From Spizellomyces punctatus DAOM BR117 (lineage: Eukaryota), in the NCBI GenBank assembly GCA_000182565.2, contig KQ257473.1: a stretch of 64,000 nucleotides of DNA; one strand, written 5' to 3'. This document shows, piece after piece, positions 38,501 to 50,522 of this stretch. A program made the position numbers and the translations under genes. The notes below the pieces were generated by a model. It saw only the letters and a list, made by a program, of their open reading frames with translations, made no database searches and was not told the DNA's origin. Every line of letters starts with the position of its first letter. Position 1 is the first letter of the stretch.

Positions 38501-38831
38501 AGATGTACCGGCTTTCTGGGGTTTCTCCTCGGATTCGTTAGCACACTCTGTTTCGGAATCGGGTGTAGGTCATCTTCAACCTGATTTCTGTAGGTCAGCT
38601 TCTTCTCGAGCGCGTGCTGTGGGTTCTTTGATTGATTGGGGGCTGGGCAAGGTGATTTCAGAGTCTTCTTCTTGCTCTTGCTCTTGCCGTCGACCTAGGA
38701 CTGTCTATTCTAGCAGGTTAGAACGAGGACTGTAAGTATTACTCCATCTGTTTTTAATGCACTATATGGGTTGATGAGGTAATCCGATCTTTGCTGTGGC
38801 ACGTTGAGGATGCGTGACTAAGCCGATTGCT

Positions 38832-38845
38832 GTTGCCATAGCAAC
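38832..38845. promoter_or_regulatory. RFX X-box motif
   Basis: GTTGCCATAGCAAC matches the X-box consensus GTNRCC-N(0-3)-RGYAAC and lies ~60 bp upstream of the BAG gene ATG. Confidence 0.55.
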
Positions 38846-38906
38846 TGGCTAACCAACCTGGTCTGAACTGGGGCTTCAAATTGGTCATTTCAACTTGGTC
38901 ATAATA

Positions 38907-39980
38907 ATGTCGGTTACTGTGAACTGGAAAGGAAAGCGCTTCGATGTGCCCTTCCGGGAAGAGGCTGCAGACGCAGCGCGTGAAGGCTACGATTGGACAC
39001 GACGAGTGACATTGGGAGATTTATTGGAAAAGTGTTCTCGAGCATCCCGAGTTCCCAGGGAAAACATCAAGCTGTTGCATAGTGGAGGTGGGGTTTGTGT
39101 GTTTCTGTTGTCTCAAAAAAGCCATGGAAGAATATGTGGGAAGGAGCACGTCAAGGTCGTCTGTTGTTGAAATCGCTGTTGTTTCGCTTTCGCGACCAGG
39201 AGGTCCCTTTGCAGAGGAACTCGAAGAAGCATCCGGGTCTTGGTGGCAGTCATTTGCGAAAACTTGGGAAGACTGGGTGCGCGGGCCAAGCGACGAGGAA
39301 TGGATGGGCTGTTTTGGTAGGGGAGGGAAGAACCTTCAAAGAATTGGCGTTTGGTGCTGACCTGAGTTCCTCCTCTTTCTGCAACATAGCTATAATGAAG
39401 GATCCCGCCGCATCTCTATCCGATTATGGGATCCGCCAAGGCTCAAAGATTATGATGATCGGTGATAAAACAGTATGCTTCTTTTTCTCTTGGACGTGGA
39501 CCAAAATTTCCATCCTGACAGTTGCGTATATCGCGGCAGCTCCCTCCAGAACCTTCACATCCCTCTCGCACGCGTAATCAGCAGCCTAGACAGCAACCTA
39601 CTCGTGACACATCGGCTCCAGTGGATACGAAAGCATCAGAAGAGGCGTCCCTGATCGATCGACTGGAATCACATCTTGCAGATACCCGTAATACTGTTCT
39701 CCCGATCGTTGAGGATTACACAGACAAAGCCAGTAGGTACATAGATGAAGCCATTCCGCCAAGCGACCCACCCAAATCCCTCCGAGACTTGTATGCCAAA
39801 GCATCTGAATTGCTATTGCAAAGTCTTTTGAAGCTCGATGGTGTTACATGTCCCCCAGACTTTGAGAATGCGCGCGCAAAGAGGAAAGAGGCAGTCCGGT
39901 TTGTACAGAGCCATTTAGATAGGATTGATGGACTCAAAGAACGAGTAAATCTGGCTGCCAAACCAAATGGATCGCTTTGA
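38907..39980 (+). CDS. BAG-family Hsp70 co-chaperone (N-terminal ubiquitin-like domain + BAG domain)
   Basis: Ubl: MSVTVNWKGKRF...TLGDLLEKC...IKLLHSG|AIMKD...LSDYGIRQGSKIMMIG. BAG: SELLLQSLLKLDGV...ARAKRKEAVRFVQSHLDRID. Confidence 0.92.
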
Positions 39981-40271
39981 GGTATATAGATGTGGGCCTT
40001 TGGTGCGAGGCGCCTCACTGGCACCGCTTGTAGCATTGTGTATATTAACTTGCACCAGAGATGGATAGTAATCGCAACCAAATTCATTTATATAAGAAAT
40101 AGGACAATTGTGCAACTCCCAGGATACACCAAGGTTTGAACATTTACACAGATGACATGAAGAAACGAAATACAGTACATTTGTCGTGTGCCGCTGTCAT
40201 ACGTTGATCTGATGTCGTACTCTTGCATATTCATAGCATATCAAATCGGCCCACGATGTTCTCTCAAAGAA

Positions 40272-41218
40272 TTACTCTTCCTTCTCGATCACAGATTTAT
40301 CGATCCTTTTGACTTGAACTCTCTTGCGCTCATCTTGGGTCGGAACGATCCGTCCAGTCCAAGCAACCCACCCGGCTCGTCGCAGCATCCATTCTCCTGC
40401 GGAAAAGTTAAAGGCACCATTGGTTAAAAACGTTTCCTTGAATTGCGACATTATACACTACCCTGAAGAATACTCAGCACGATGCCGATCCACATACTCA
40501 TACCGAATATGGCCATTTTAAACTCGACGCTCTCTCTTGGATCTCTAATAACATCAAGCACCAAACCTGTGCCAATGTAAATTATACGCATCAACCCCAC
40601 GCCGTATATCGCCATGACATGCCGAATCGCCCAGATGGCGTGTGGCCTCTCGCTCCCAAGTGATGGGATGGCAAGCGCTTTGGTGTAGGCGAACCATCCT
40701 GTGAGCATGACCCAGAGAGCATTGAACGCGAGCGCAGCATCAGAATTTTGCAACCAGCCTTTGATCGAATAGTCCCAGTGCTTGGGAGCGTATGTGACAG
40801 GTGCTTTGTCAAGACAGTTCATATAGAACGACGTAGCACATATAATCAGGGCGCATATTAGCTGCAGCCGGCCCCGAATGCGATGAGAGCGGGAACGGAT
40901 TCTAGCCGTTGGCAGCGGTTGAGTGAGCTGCATCATTGCAATGACCGACCAGGCCACGCCCGGGAGGATGTGAAGGATATACATTAGGAACCATTGAGTA
41001 AAGTAGCGTTCCTGCGATACCAGACCAGTGTGGTCCACTTGATGCACCAAGCGCGGAAGTGTCCATTGAACCACTTGCAGATATTGGCTTGCCCACTGTT
41101 TGTCGATCACCGTGATGACGGGGTAAGTTATTTCAAGAATGGCAAGGCCTACATACAGGCAGGTATACAGGGCGATTGGAGGGGCGGGAGTCAAATTGAG
41201 AGCACCCATCACCAACAT
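40272..41218 (-). CDS. DUF2306-like polytopic membrane protein (2 exons)
   Basis: Several hydrophobic helices with His motifs (LHILPG, HRIRGR, HAIWAIRH). A short second exon ends at TAA 40272. Confidence 0.65.
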
Positions 41219-41824
41219 GGTCAATTGAGTAAAACAAACAACGACGTTTCATATATTTCTCGACCAAATCCTTCTTTCCAAATGCAAAAGCTGCCATAGC
41301 ATTGCATGTCCGATTCAATTGTAGATATGGAGGGAAAAGACGAGGCTCAAGCCCTTCCATGTGAAAAAGGTCAACTCGTCCTGCTCAGCCTGTGTGCAGG
41401 CCAAACATCTCCCAAACCAGAAAAAGGGCAGCGGGTCGTTCGTTTGTTTCATTTGGAGGCTCTGCCAATGTTTTTTGACCCTCAGGATCACATCCCCCGT
41501 TCCGAATGCATGTTTGCCTTCAGCAGTTCTTTTTGTTTACCCAAACTGCAGCCATAAACGACACAAAAAAGAAACTCGGCGAGTATTGCAAAACGGTTTT
41601 GGCAAAAGAAACCGCTGGCTGGCCACAGGCGACGCGCACAAAAGGAAACGCTGGTTGGGGCCTGGGGGGCGAGTTCCTATTTGGGTTTATCAGCGCTTTT
41701 CTCGCTCCGCTTTTTGTGATTTGATCTCCCCAAAAGCTTTTTCAAGGCTCGCTTCGACATTATCCCACTTGCACGAACCACAATACTTGAACACCCCTAC
41801 GGCGAAACCACTTTAAAGAAAGAC

Positions 41825-43426
41825 ATGGAGTATGACACTCCCGCTCAACGGTGAGTTGTTACAGAATGGCTGTTTGTGGAATATTTCTACTTGCCAGTGT
41901 CTGCGAGCTTCCGGCCGGACCTGTGCCATTAGCGCAGACACACTGCGAACAAATGGAGGGTTGGAATCCGTCTACTATTGCTATAGTTAAAAGTCAATGG
42001 CCGGGCATGTGTGAATCCCTTTGCTGACCTCTAGCTGACTGTGAACGTGCATTGACAGACGCCTAGCCAGGCAAGTGTCGAATGAGATCGATGAGCTGTT
42101 GAAACGGGAGCGGGCGGAGCAATTGGCAATAAAAGGTCCCAAAATACTACTCCTCGGGTCTGCCGATTCTGGGAAAACCACGGTGCTCAAGCAAATCAAA
42201 ATCCTCCATGGGAATGGGTTTCCGGATAAAGAGCGTCAAGCGTTCCGCCGGAAAATCCTGGCCAATATCATCGACTCGATGAGAGCGCTAGTCAATGCAC
42301 TAAGTGCCTTGGGTGTGCCCCTAGGAGAACCTAACAACCAGGTAATTCCCAGCATAAGGACTCTACATGATCTCGTTTGTTCCTTTCCTAACATCTGTTT
42401 GGTATGGGCAGCTACACATTAAAACATTCCAGAAAGCGGCTGGGGCTCAGAATGGGGAGAGTCTTGAGGAGGATGTTATCGGAGCAATCAAGGAACTATG
42501 GGCTGACAGAGGCATCCAGCAATGCTACGCAAGATCAAATGAGTTTTTCATACAAGATACCGCAGACTAGTAAGTTGAAAATACAGCACAATTCCCGCTT
42601 TTGCCCAGGGATGTAACGTGTTCGCTGTTACAGTTTCCTAAATGACATTGCCAAGTTTACGGACCCATCTTTTATTCCGTCTGATGAAGGTGACAATGCA
42701 AATGCTGACTTGAATTTATTATACATCTTGATTTTCTAATGGCCTCTTTCAGATATCTTGCACACTCGGTTCCGTACAACGGAAATTAGCGAAACCTGCT
42801 TCAACATTGACAAATTGACCTACCGAATTTATGACGTCGGCGGACAGCGCTCTGACCGACTGTTCTGGGCACCATACTTTGAGGATCAAGTGCACGCAAT
42901 CCTTTTCATCACATCATTAGCTGCATATGACCAGATGCTGGTTGAGGACAGGACAGTAAACAGGATGTTGGATGCACTGGTGCTATTTGAAACGATCACA
43001 AATAACCCGTTGCTGAAGAAAGTGAGCATCATGCTCTTTCTGAACAAAATGGATCTGTTTGAAAGGAAGCTCAAGTACAGCCCAGTGAAGAAATTCTTTC
43101 CAGATTATGAAGGTTCGTAGTAAGCTGGCACCAGAAGCTTGCACGGAAATTAAAGGATTTGATCATGCAGGCTCCAATGACCTCAAATCGGCGGGGAGAT
43201 ACTTTAAAACAAAGTTCCATGCCCAGAACAAGACGCCCGAGAAGAAGATATATACGCATTTCACCACCAGTACAGATACGAAACACATGAAGGTTATCAT
43301 ATCTGCCGTGCGGTATGTATCAGTTCAAATTCTGGTTGCAGGCATCACAAGCTAACACTCGTGTATCTTCTCAATGACAGAGATATTGTCACACGCCTTT
43401 CACTGCAAGCCTCTGGTTACCTGTGA
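41825..43426 (+). CDS. Heterotrimeric G protein alpha subunit, divergent
   Basis: KILLLGSADSGKTTVLKQIKILHG, DILHTRFRTTEI, YDVGGQRS, LFLNKMDLF, YTHFTTSTDT; C-terminus LQASGYL. Confidence 0.93.
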
Positions 43427-43660
43427 TCTCCTCCATCTCGTCCAAACCCAACCCCACTCATCTCCGCATTTTTGTTTTTTTTTTTTCAATTGGACTAGAG
43501 TAATCCCTTCAGCTCATATGGTTTGATATAAAGTGTGCTTATAGAGAGACATAATTAGACCACTTTTATATATGCTATTTGGGGTCCCAAAAAGAATAGT
43601 CAATTTACACGCAGTCTTTGTTTCCAAACTTTTTGTTTAAATATTCATTCTTGCATTTAG

Positions 43661-46600
43661 GGCTTAGTCCCAGATTTTTTCGACGAGGGACATGTTGGAG
43701 GGCCATTGGGTCAGCCCATTACAATGAAACGCAATGATTCCTTTACGGTGAATCAGCACTTGCAAGGCAGGACGCCAACCGAAGTGTTGGGATACGAAAA
43801 AGTATTGAAGAATGCCTTGAGTCATCAATCTCAACACGCCCGGCTGGCCGTGGCGAGCCAGGTGTTCCTCAGTAGTGCGATACCGGACGAGCGATGCTTT
43901 GACTTTTTCCACTACTTTGTCGTGTCCTCTTTGGGAACAAAGCCGTCAAATTGCTTTAGAGAAGGTCTCGTCACCATATGCCGAAAGTTCTACAAGCTTT
44001 GCGCTCGTAATAAGGCTTTCAAACCTCGCGCGACGACCTTTGTGAATGTGTTGGTGAAGGAAATTTTGAGTCGGATAGATCCCTCAGGCGAACATGCTCA
44101 GACCTTTCTATGCTTGACCCTTTTGGACACCTTCCTATCTTTATGTCCCTCGGTTTTGAAGGAAGGGCCAGGAAATGAGATCACTATAGTGCTGTTGACA
44201 GTGCTCATTCAAAGCCCTTTTGAACTTTCAAGGGAAGCTGCATATGGCATGTTGAAAAAGTTTGGATCCCAGAGCCTATTAAGTCATGTTCTACCTGATG
44301 TGACAGAGACTGCAAAGTCCTTGTCTTGTGATACGAGGACATTGGCCCGGCTTCGGGGTGCGATGGTTTGGCGGTGCGTTGCAACTATTGAGGATTATGT
44401 AGGGTGTGACCGGACGACAGGGGAGACTAAAGGTCTGTATAGAAAATGTGCCTTTATGAATAGAGAATCGTCTCCTCTGAATTTTGCGTTTCCATATGTC
44501 GTCCTCTGCTGTTCCTATAGTGCTCACCTATTTGATGGATTCGTTGGAACATGGCCTACGAGAGATTCAGCACGATTACGCATCGATCGCCCCATCTCTG
44601 CATGGAACAGTGGAAGCCCTCATGTACATCTGCCAAGATCACATGAATGCCATTTTCCAAAGTGCTGGATCGCAGACGGTGCTCAAGCTTGTTGCTCTTT
44701 TGATCCAAACATGTGAATCTGCATTGCGTTTCTTTGCAGAAACACAGTTTCTGGAGATTGGAGACGTTGATGAATGTGACAATGGCGAGTGGGAGGGAGA
44801 TAATGGGAGTATGCGTGGAACCCTGATTGCGTGCGCTTGGCGATCATTAAAAACGAGTGGAACGACGTTGGTCACGATGGCCTCAGAAATGTTGTTAAGA
44901 GTCAATTCTACAAACGAACAAGACTTTCGATGCAGCGTGGAGAACATTGGCACCATGCTAAAAACGGTCCTTATCAACGTGCGCCATTGGGGAGCAGCTA
45001 ATTGGGCTCAACAGTCCCTCACATCCTTGTGCACATTACTGGCATCGTCTTCAGATCCCTACCTGCGCAATCTCCCACCCAATTGGTTAGAGGTAATCTC
45101 TGAACCTCCTCGTAATTCGTTTTAAAGAATAGAGCAAGAGCTCATCCTTTCCTGTAGGATCTACTCCCAACACTTCATCAAGCCAGTATTATACGCCACG
45201 ATGAAAGGCACGCTGGACATGCGCGAATTCTATTAAGCATCTTGAACGGATACTATACGAGGGCCCCGGCACGAAGAGCGGCGCTTAAACCTGTGTGTGA
45301 CTCTCTATTCGAGGTTATACAGACAACGCACAGTCCAGAAACAGCAAAGGTCAATGCCATCAGCATTCTACAGTGGATCATCAAGGATTCGAGGACGGGC
45401 CAGATGGTCCCATTGGAAGACGCTTTCATTTTGGTGTTTGCGGGTCTGCAATCCTCAAAGTAAGTTTTCTATTTGGGTGCAGGATTTTGGGTTTTCCAAA
45501 TATAACCCAATTGCGTGTTTCTGCTGCAGTAAATCCATCGGCAATGCCAGCACGGTTCTTTTTTCGTGCCTCCTGTCGCGATTTCTAACCGGAGACGCGG
45601 CGCATATACAAAAGCTTGGTGTGCCCACAAAGGCTAACGCCTTCTTTACCGAATACCCAAGACTATTTGCTGTGGTGTTGGAACAGCTGGAGATATCTGC
45701 CAGGAAGATCCTTCCTCCACCTCGATTCCAGTATCCGCTCCTAATCCTACTTTCTCGTCTGGATGTTGACATGTGTTTTGATGACAACACACCGGTCGGT
45801 CGCATTGCTCCAATATTACTCGAAATCGTGAGAAATTCACCATTGGCACAAGTTCGCGCGATGGCAGCGAAATGTCTGGCTGATTTGCTTCCGACATCGG
45901 CTGCGATCCAATATTGCCGAATCGTGTGTAATGGTTTGTCATTGGTTTCATGTGATAACCGTGTTGGTAATAACTACCTGCACGGTAGCCTGCTTGTATT
46001 GCGGAATGTTCTGTGCAAGTTTACAAAGGATGCGTCCGTGAATGGTAGGCAAAGTTATCAAGTATCATAAGAAATTCTGTCGGACTGAATACGTTTAGAT
46101 CAAAAGGAGCTCCACCTTGCTCTTGGAGCCGGGGATTCGTGCATTGTCGATCAACAGTGGATGCATCCCGTACGCGACTCGAGCGCGCTCGTTCAAGCAG
46201 AGTTGTTTGAATTGCTGGCACTCATGTCACGTAGGGGTATAGCAACAAACCAGTCAATCCTTGTCAGCTATGCCGAGGGCCCTGGAAACGACTGCATTGT
46301 AAGCTCGTGGGAATTGTTAAGTACCAATTATATTGGCAAACACTGATTTCTTCTCATTGCATACCAGAGTGGCTGTGTAGGCTTGCCTTTGGTTGAAGCC
46401 AGCTGGGCTAGGCTGATGTTGACCACATCTACAAACCTCCTCGAAACCTGTTCCAAACTGCTAGTAGATTCTAGGCCCGATATGATTCGCGCAACTCTAG
46501 AATGGCTTCAAGAGGAATGGACATCGATGAGGTATGAATATAGTGCGGTTTGGTTGATGGTGGGGAAACTCACTGGAATCGCTAGCCCTGAGACCCAGTG

Positions 46601-47820
46601 CGACCTGTCGGGTCTCCTCATCAAGAAGATGACGAATTTTCCTGCCAGAACCAGTCCTCAAATCATGTTACAAATTGTGCGTATCATACAGACGGGAAAG
46701 ATTGACGAGAGCGATGCATCAAAGTGGTTCATCTGGATAGAGCAGCTCCTCAATTCAGGACCGGTTGATGGGGAACTCAATTGTTCGGCTATTGAAGCGT
46801 TAGGACACGTTTTGAATATGATGAAAGGGGACGAATATTTTGCACGTTGGCTGACTGTTATGCGCGGATGCTTAAGCGCCAGGGTTGCGGTAAGCATGGT
46901 AAACCCATTTTTGAAAATTGAAAGTTCATCTCACGCTTTTATTCATAGCTCGCTGCGGACGTCCGGAAAGCGGTCGCATCATCATTTTGCCGCCTGCAGT
47001 CCGTACCAACCCTCACACCAACCGCTTCCTTCCACTTTTCGTTCACTGTGATTGATCTTTTACGTGATTCCGATGAGGATACGGCTACCCTGGCTGCGGA
47101 CTTTGTATCAAGGATCTTTTGCTCTCAGGTGGGTATAAGATGTTCTTTTGTAAAAAGTCGCTGCGCTGACGCCTATTTTGTATTATTTCTAGTCATCAGT
47201 AAACCCACAACGTGCCATGGAGTTGGTCTTTCAATTGTTGAGCGAACAATTTGCCAGTGCTGGCGAATTTGGTGAAAGGCTAGTTTCTTTAATGTGTGAT
47301 GAACCAACAGAGGGACTAGAGGACACGTTAGCTCCGATGCTTGCTCTCCAGCACTTTCTGTCGGTTCAATGTGGTGACCTCGGGAAAGAGTTCCCGTACA
47401 CGGATAAGATACTGGCCACTATGGCATCAGTCATTGACCAGTTGGAAACACAGGTGCGCGGCTTTGGGTCCTTTGGTAACCTACCTTTCCTCACATAATG
47501 CCACAGAACGATGCCTGCCGACCAAAATTCGCCCAGTCTCTTCCTTTAAAACGTGTTCGAAGGACATTAATGGCAATCTCGGCCATGTCATCTTCTGGCT
47601 GTGTCGTCTCTGATCAAGTGCTCGCAACTCTAAAGTGTAAGTACTGGGTACTGGAAGTGATGAGAGCTTTAACAGATATATCAAAAACTGATCTACCATT
47701 GTAGCATTCATGACGGCGGTTTCCAGCCATCCCATGCTCCCCCCGCTTCTCATCATTAGTATGGAGAATGTAAAAACAGAAATGTGTAGACTTGGCCTAG
47801 ACATTGGTACGAACTGCTGA
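43661..47820 (+). CDS. THADA/Trm732-like (DUF2428) armadillo-repeat protein, divergent; both ends uncertain
   Basis: CAWRSLKTSG, VRHWGA, KVNAISILQWIIKD, NASTVLFSCLLSRF, FFTEYPRL, YPLLILLSRL, VRAMAAKCL, NYLHGSLL and LLRDSDED occur in the THADA motif order. Confidence 0.75.
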
Positions 47821-47920
47821 TAAACATATTTATGTGTAGTGTATGTGTAGATATATATACGCTGGAGCAACCTATTTACGACGCCCTACCGTCCTCCTGC
47901 TATGCAAAGTAATCTCTCGC

Positions 47921-49129
47921 TCAAACGGCCCACATGCCACTAGACGGTCTTCTCTGTACAGTACTGAATCCATAAATCAAGCTCTGCCTCCATTCTTGTC
48001 CCTTTCCAATGACGACTGTATCCCGCCAAGGAGGATGATTCACAGCATCCACGGGTGCAGAAGGTTCCAGTGCCAAGCCCGCATATCTTTTGTAGATCAC
48101 GTTGTCACCCTGGCTGGACGCTTTGCCAGATATGCTCCCATCAAGATTGTTGCCAGTATAGAGCTGGAATCCAGCAGCATCAGTACGGAGCTCGAGGACA
48201 ATGCCAGTGGTAGGAGACGTCACCCGAGCGGCAGGGTTCGAGATTTGATTCGGCGACGCGGCAGCCGGCTTGTCGCGAAGTAGGTAAAAATGGTCGTAGC
48301 CGCGAAAGTGTGTCAGCTGAGACAAACCTTCTCGTAGAGGCTTCGGGGTCGTGAGATTCAAAGCCGGATCCCCTTGGTCGAAACGTACTAGTCTCCCACT
48401 TGGTACCTTATTTTCGGTTACCTCTAGATAACCCACCGCGTCGGGGATCTCAACAATGTGTTCCGTTACATCCGGCTCCTCTTGGCATCCAGATAAATTA
48501 AAATACGGGTGTGCGGTCAAATTAATCACCGTCTGAAGATTTTCGGGATTTCCTTCAGTCAAAGATGCCGTGTGGTCGATGACGAGATGGTATTCGGCCA
48601 AAGTGTAAGTGACTGAAACATGCACTTCACCGGGATAGCCCTCTTCTCCGTCTGCCGACGTGTACTCGAAGCGGAGGGTTGGAGGGTCTTGAACGAGGAT
48701 TGTGGGGCGCCAGTAGCGCTTATCAAAGCCTCGCACACCGCCGTGCAAGTTGTTGGGTGGGTCATTAATTGGGAGGTTGTAATCGCGATTGTTGAGAAAG
48801 AAGTGGCCGTGAGTGATCCGGTTGCACGTGCGGCCTATCGTTGCTCCAAAGTACGTTTTCTTTTCTGCATCAACTGTGACGTAGTCTGTGGGATCATCAA
48901 AGCCTAGAAGCTGGACAAGGCAAACTGTCAGCAGTGGGCAAGTAAACAGTGAGAATCATGATCAACTCACCACGTCTCGATATTTACCGTCCTTGTCAGG
49001 CACCATTAGATGCGTCAACCTGGCTCCATAGTTGATGCACCTTGCGCTCAAGGAATTGGATTGGGTAAAGAGCTCAAAGACTTGAATGTCTTCTGGGACG
49101 CCGGGCACTACAGTTTGCTTGATGGGCAT
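47921..49129 (-). CDS. GALM: Aldose 1-epimerase (galactose mutarotase)
   Basis: NYGARLTHL.VPD..G..RDVV|LGFD, YFGATIGR, LHGGVRGFDKR, DGEEGYPG, NLTAHPYFNL, YDH, QLYTGN and LALE. Confidence 0.95.
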
Positions 49130-49802
49130 GTCTTCAAGTATCGTTTGCGTCCTGATGAGATTTGGCTTCAAGGTAGGGGAAGAAGCAAGATGAAAGCCCC
49201 AAAGCCCAAACACTTTGAACGAAATGGCGCGGGACCTTTGCCCACTTGGAACCGAGAGCCTGGCTCCTGGTAACTCAAGGTTAATCACGTGGCTTACGAG
49301 AGAATTCCGTGGTTCCAAAAGGAACGTTGCGGTACGTCATAGTGCATTCCAACCCAAAAACAAGGTTTTCCTCCAGCCCTTCCATCGTTGTGCTGCCCCT
49401 TTGCACGATGAGAAATACACTAGATGATTAGGGCATCGCATCGTCTTTAAAGTGGGATCACGTCGGAATGGAAGCGGGGCCCATGACGTCTTGAAGCAGA
49501 GCTGCTCAACAGCTGGAAACGACAGCAATTCCCAGCAATGCAACATCATCACAAGCCTTGTTTAAGGTCCATAGCAAAGTACCCTGGAAGAATTGCATGG
49601 GATCATCCCCCAAAAAGCTCCGATAGCGTCCGCTTGGATCGCTTGGACCATGGCAACAAGCTGGTTCCAAATGCATCCAGTGTCATTGCAACGCATAATG
49701 CATTCGAGTCTTATATTCCGGCTGCAGTGTGACTTGAAATCGCTGCAAGTCGTCGATTTCCACCCGAATCGAAGACTTGCAAACAAATCTGCCAAAACAT
49801 CC

Positions 49803-50374
49803 ATGTCCTCTTACGACTTTGCTGGAGGCTCCCTCAAATTGAAGGGGACCTCTGGAGGAATAAAAAAGTGAGTAACGGGGCATCTCGAGCATTGCTCTCC
49901 ACATATTTTGACAATACCATATCCGACAGAAAGAAAAAGTCGAAAAACGACTCGAAAAAGCTCGCGAATGCAGTGATCGCTTCAGGGCATGATGCAACAA
50001 AGAATGATGTCGTTGATGAGACGCAAACTGTAAAAGAAAAGGAACCCCACATATATCGGAAAAAGACAGAAGCAGAGTTGAAGTTTGAAGAAATACAAAG
50101 GAAAAGAGTAAGCAGCAGCGTATCGCTTCATATGGTCCCTCTTGCATCTTGTCTTACGAGAGGCCGCAATGGAATTATAGCAAGCGGACAGAATATCAAA
50201 GATTGCCTCTCAATCTCATAAGGAGCGGGTAGCGGTATGTTCATATGCCAAGGGTTTTGTCTTGCGACACAGTGCATCGCCAGGTTTTGATCATGTTCAT
50301 TCCTTTAGGAGTTCAATAAATATTTAGAGAACCTCTCCGAGCATTACGATATCCCTAAAGTTGGACCGGGATAA
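49803..50374 (+). CDS. FAM32A: FAM32A/DUF1754 family protein (4 exons)
   Basis: MSSYDFAGGSLKLKG, KTEAELKFEEIQRKR, SHKERVA|EFNKYLENLSEHYDIPKVGPG*. Confidence 0.93.
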
Positions 50375-50522
50375 GCCCATTGTCCATCTGTACCTGTCGT
50401 TCGTGTGTACCATGAAATGATGAATGTAAATAAAAGGTGTAAATATAATATCTGCCCACACAGTGTCGTATTAAACAGCGATTGCTGGTAATAAATTACT
50501 ACAAAGTAACAGTAATAATAGT

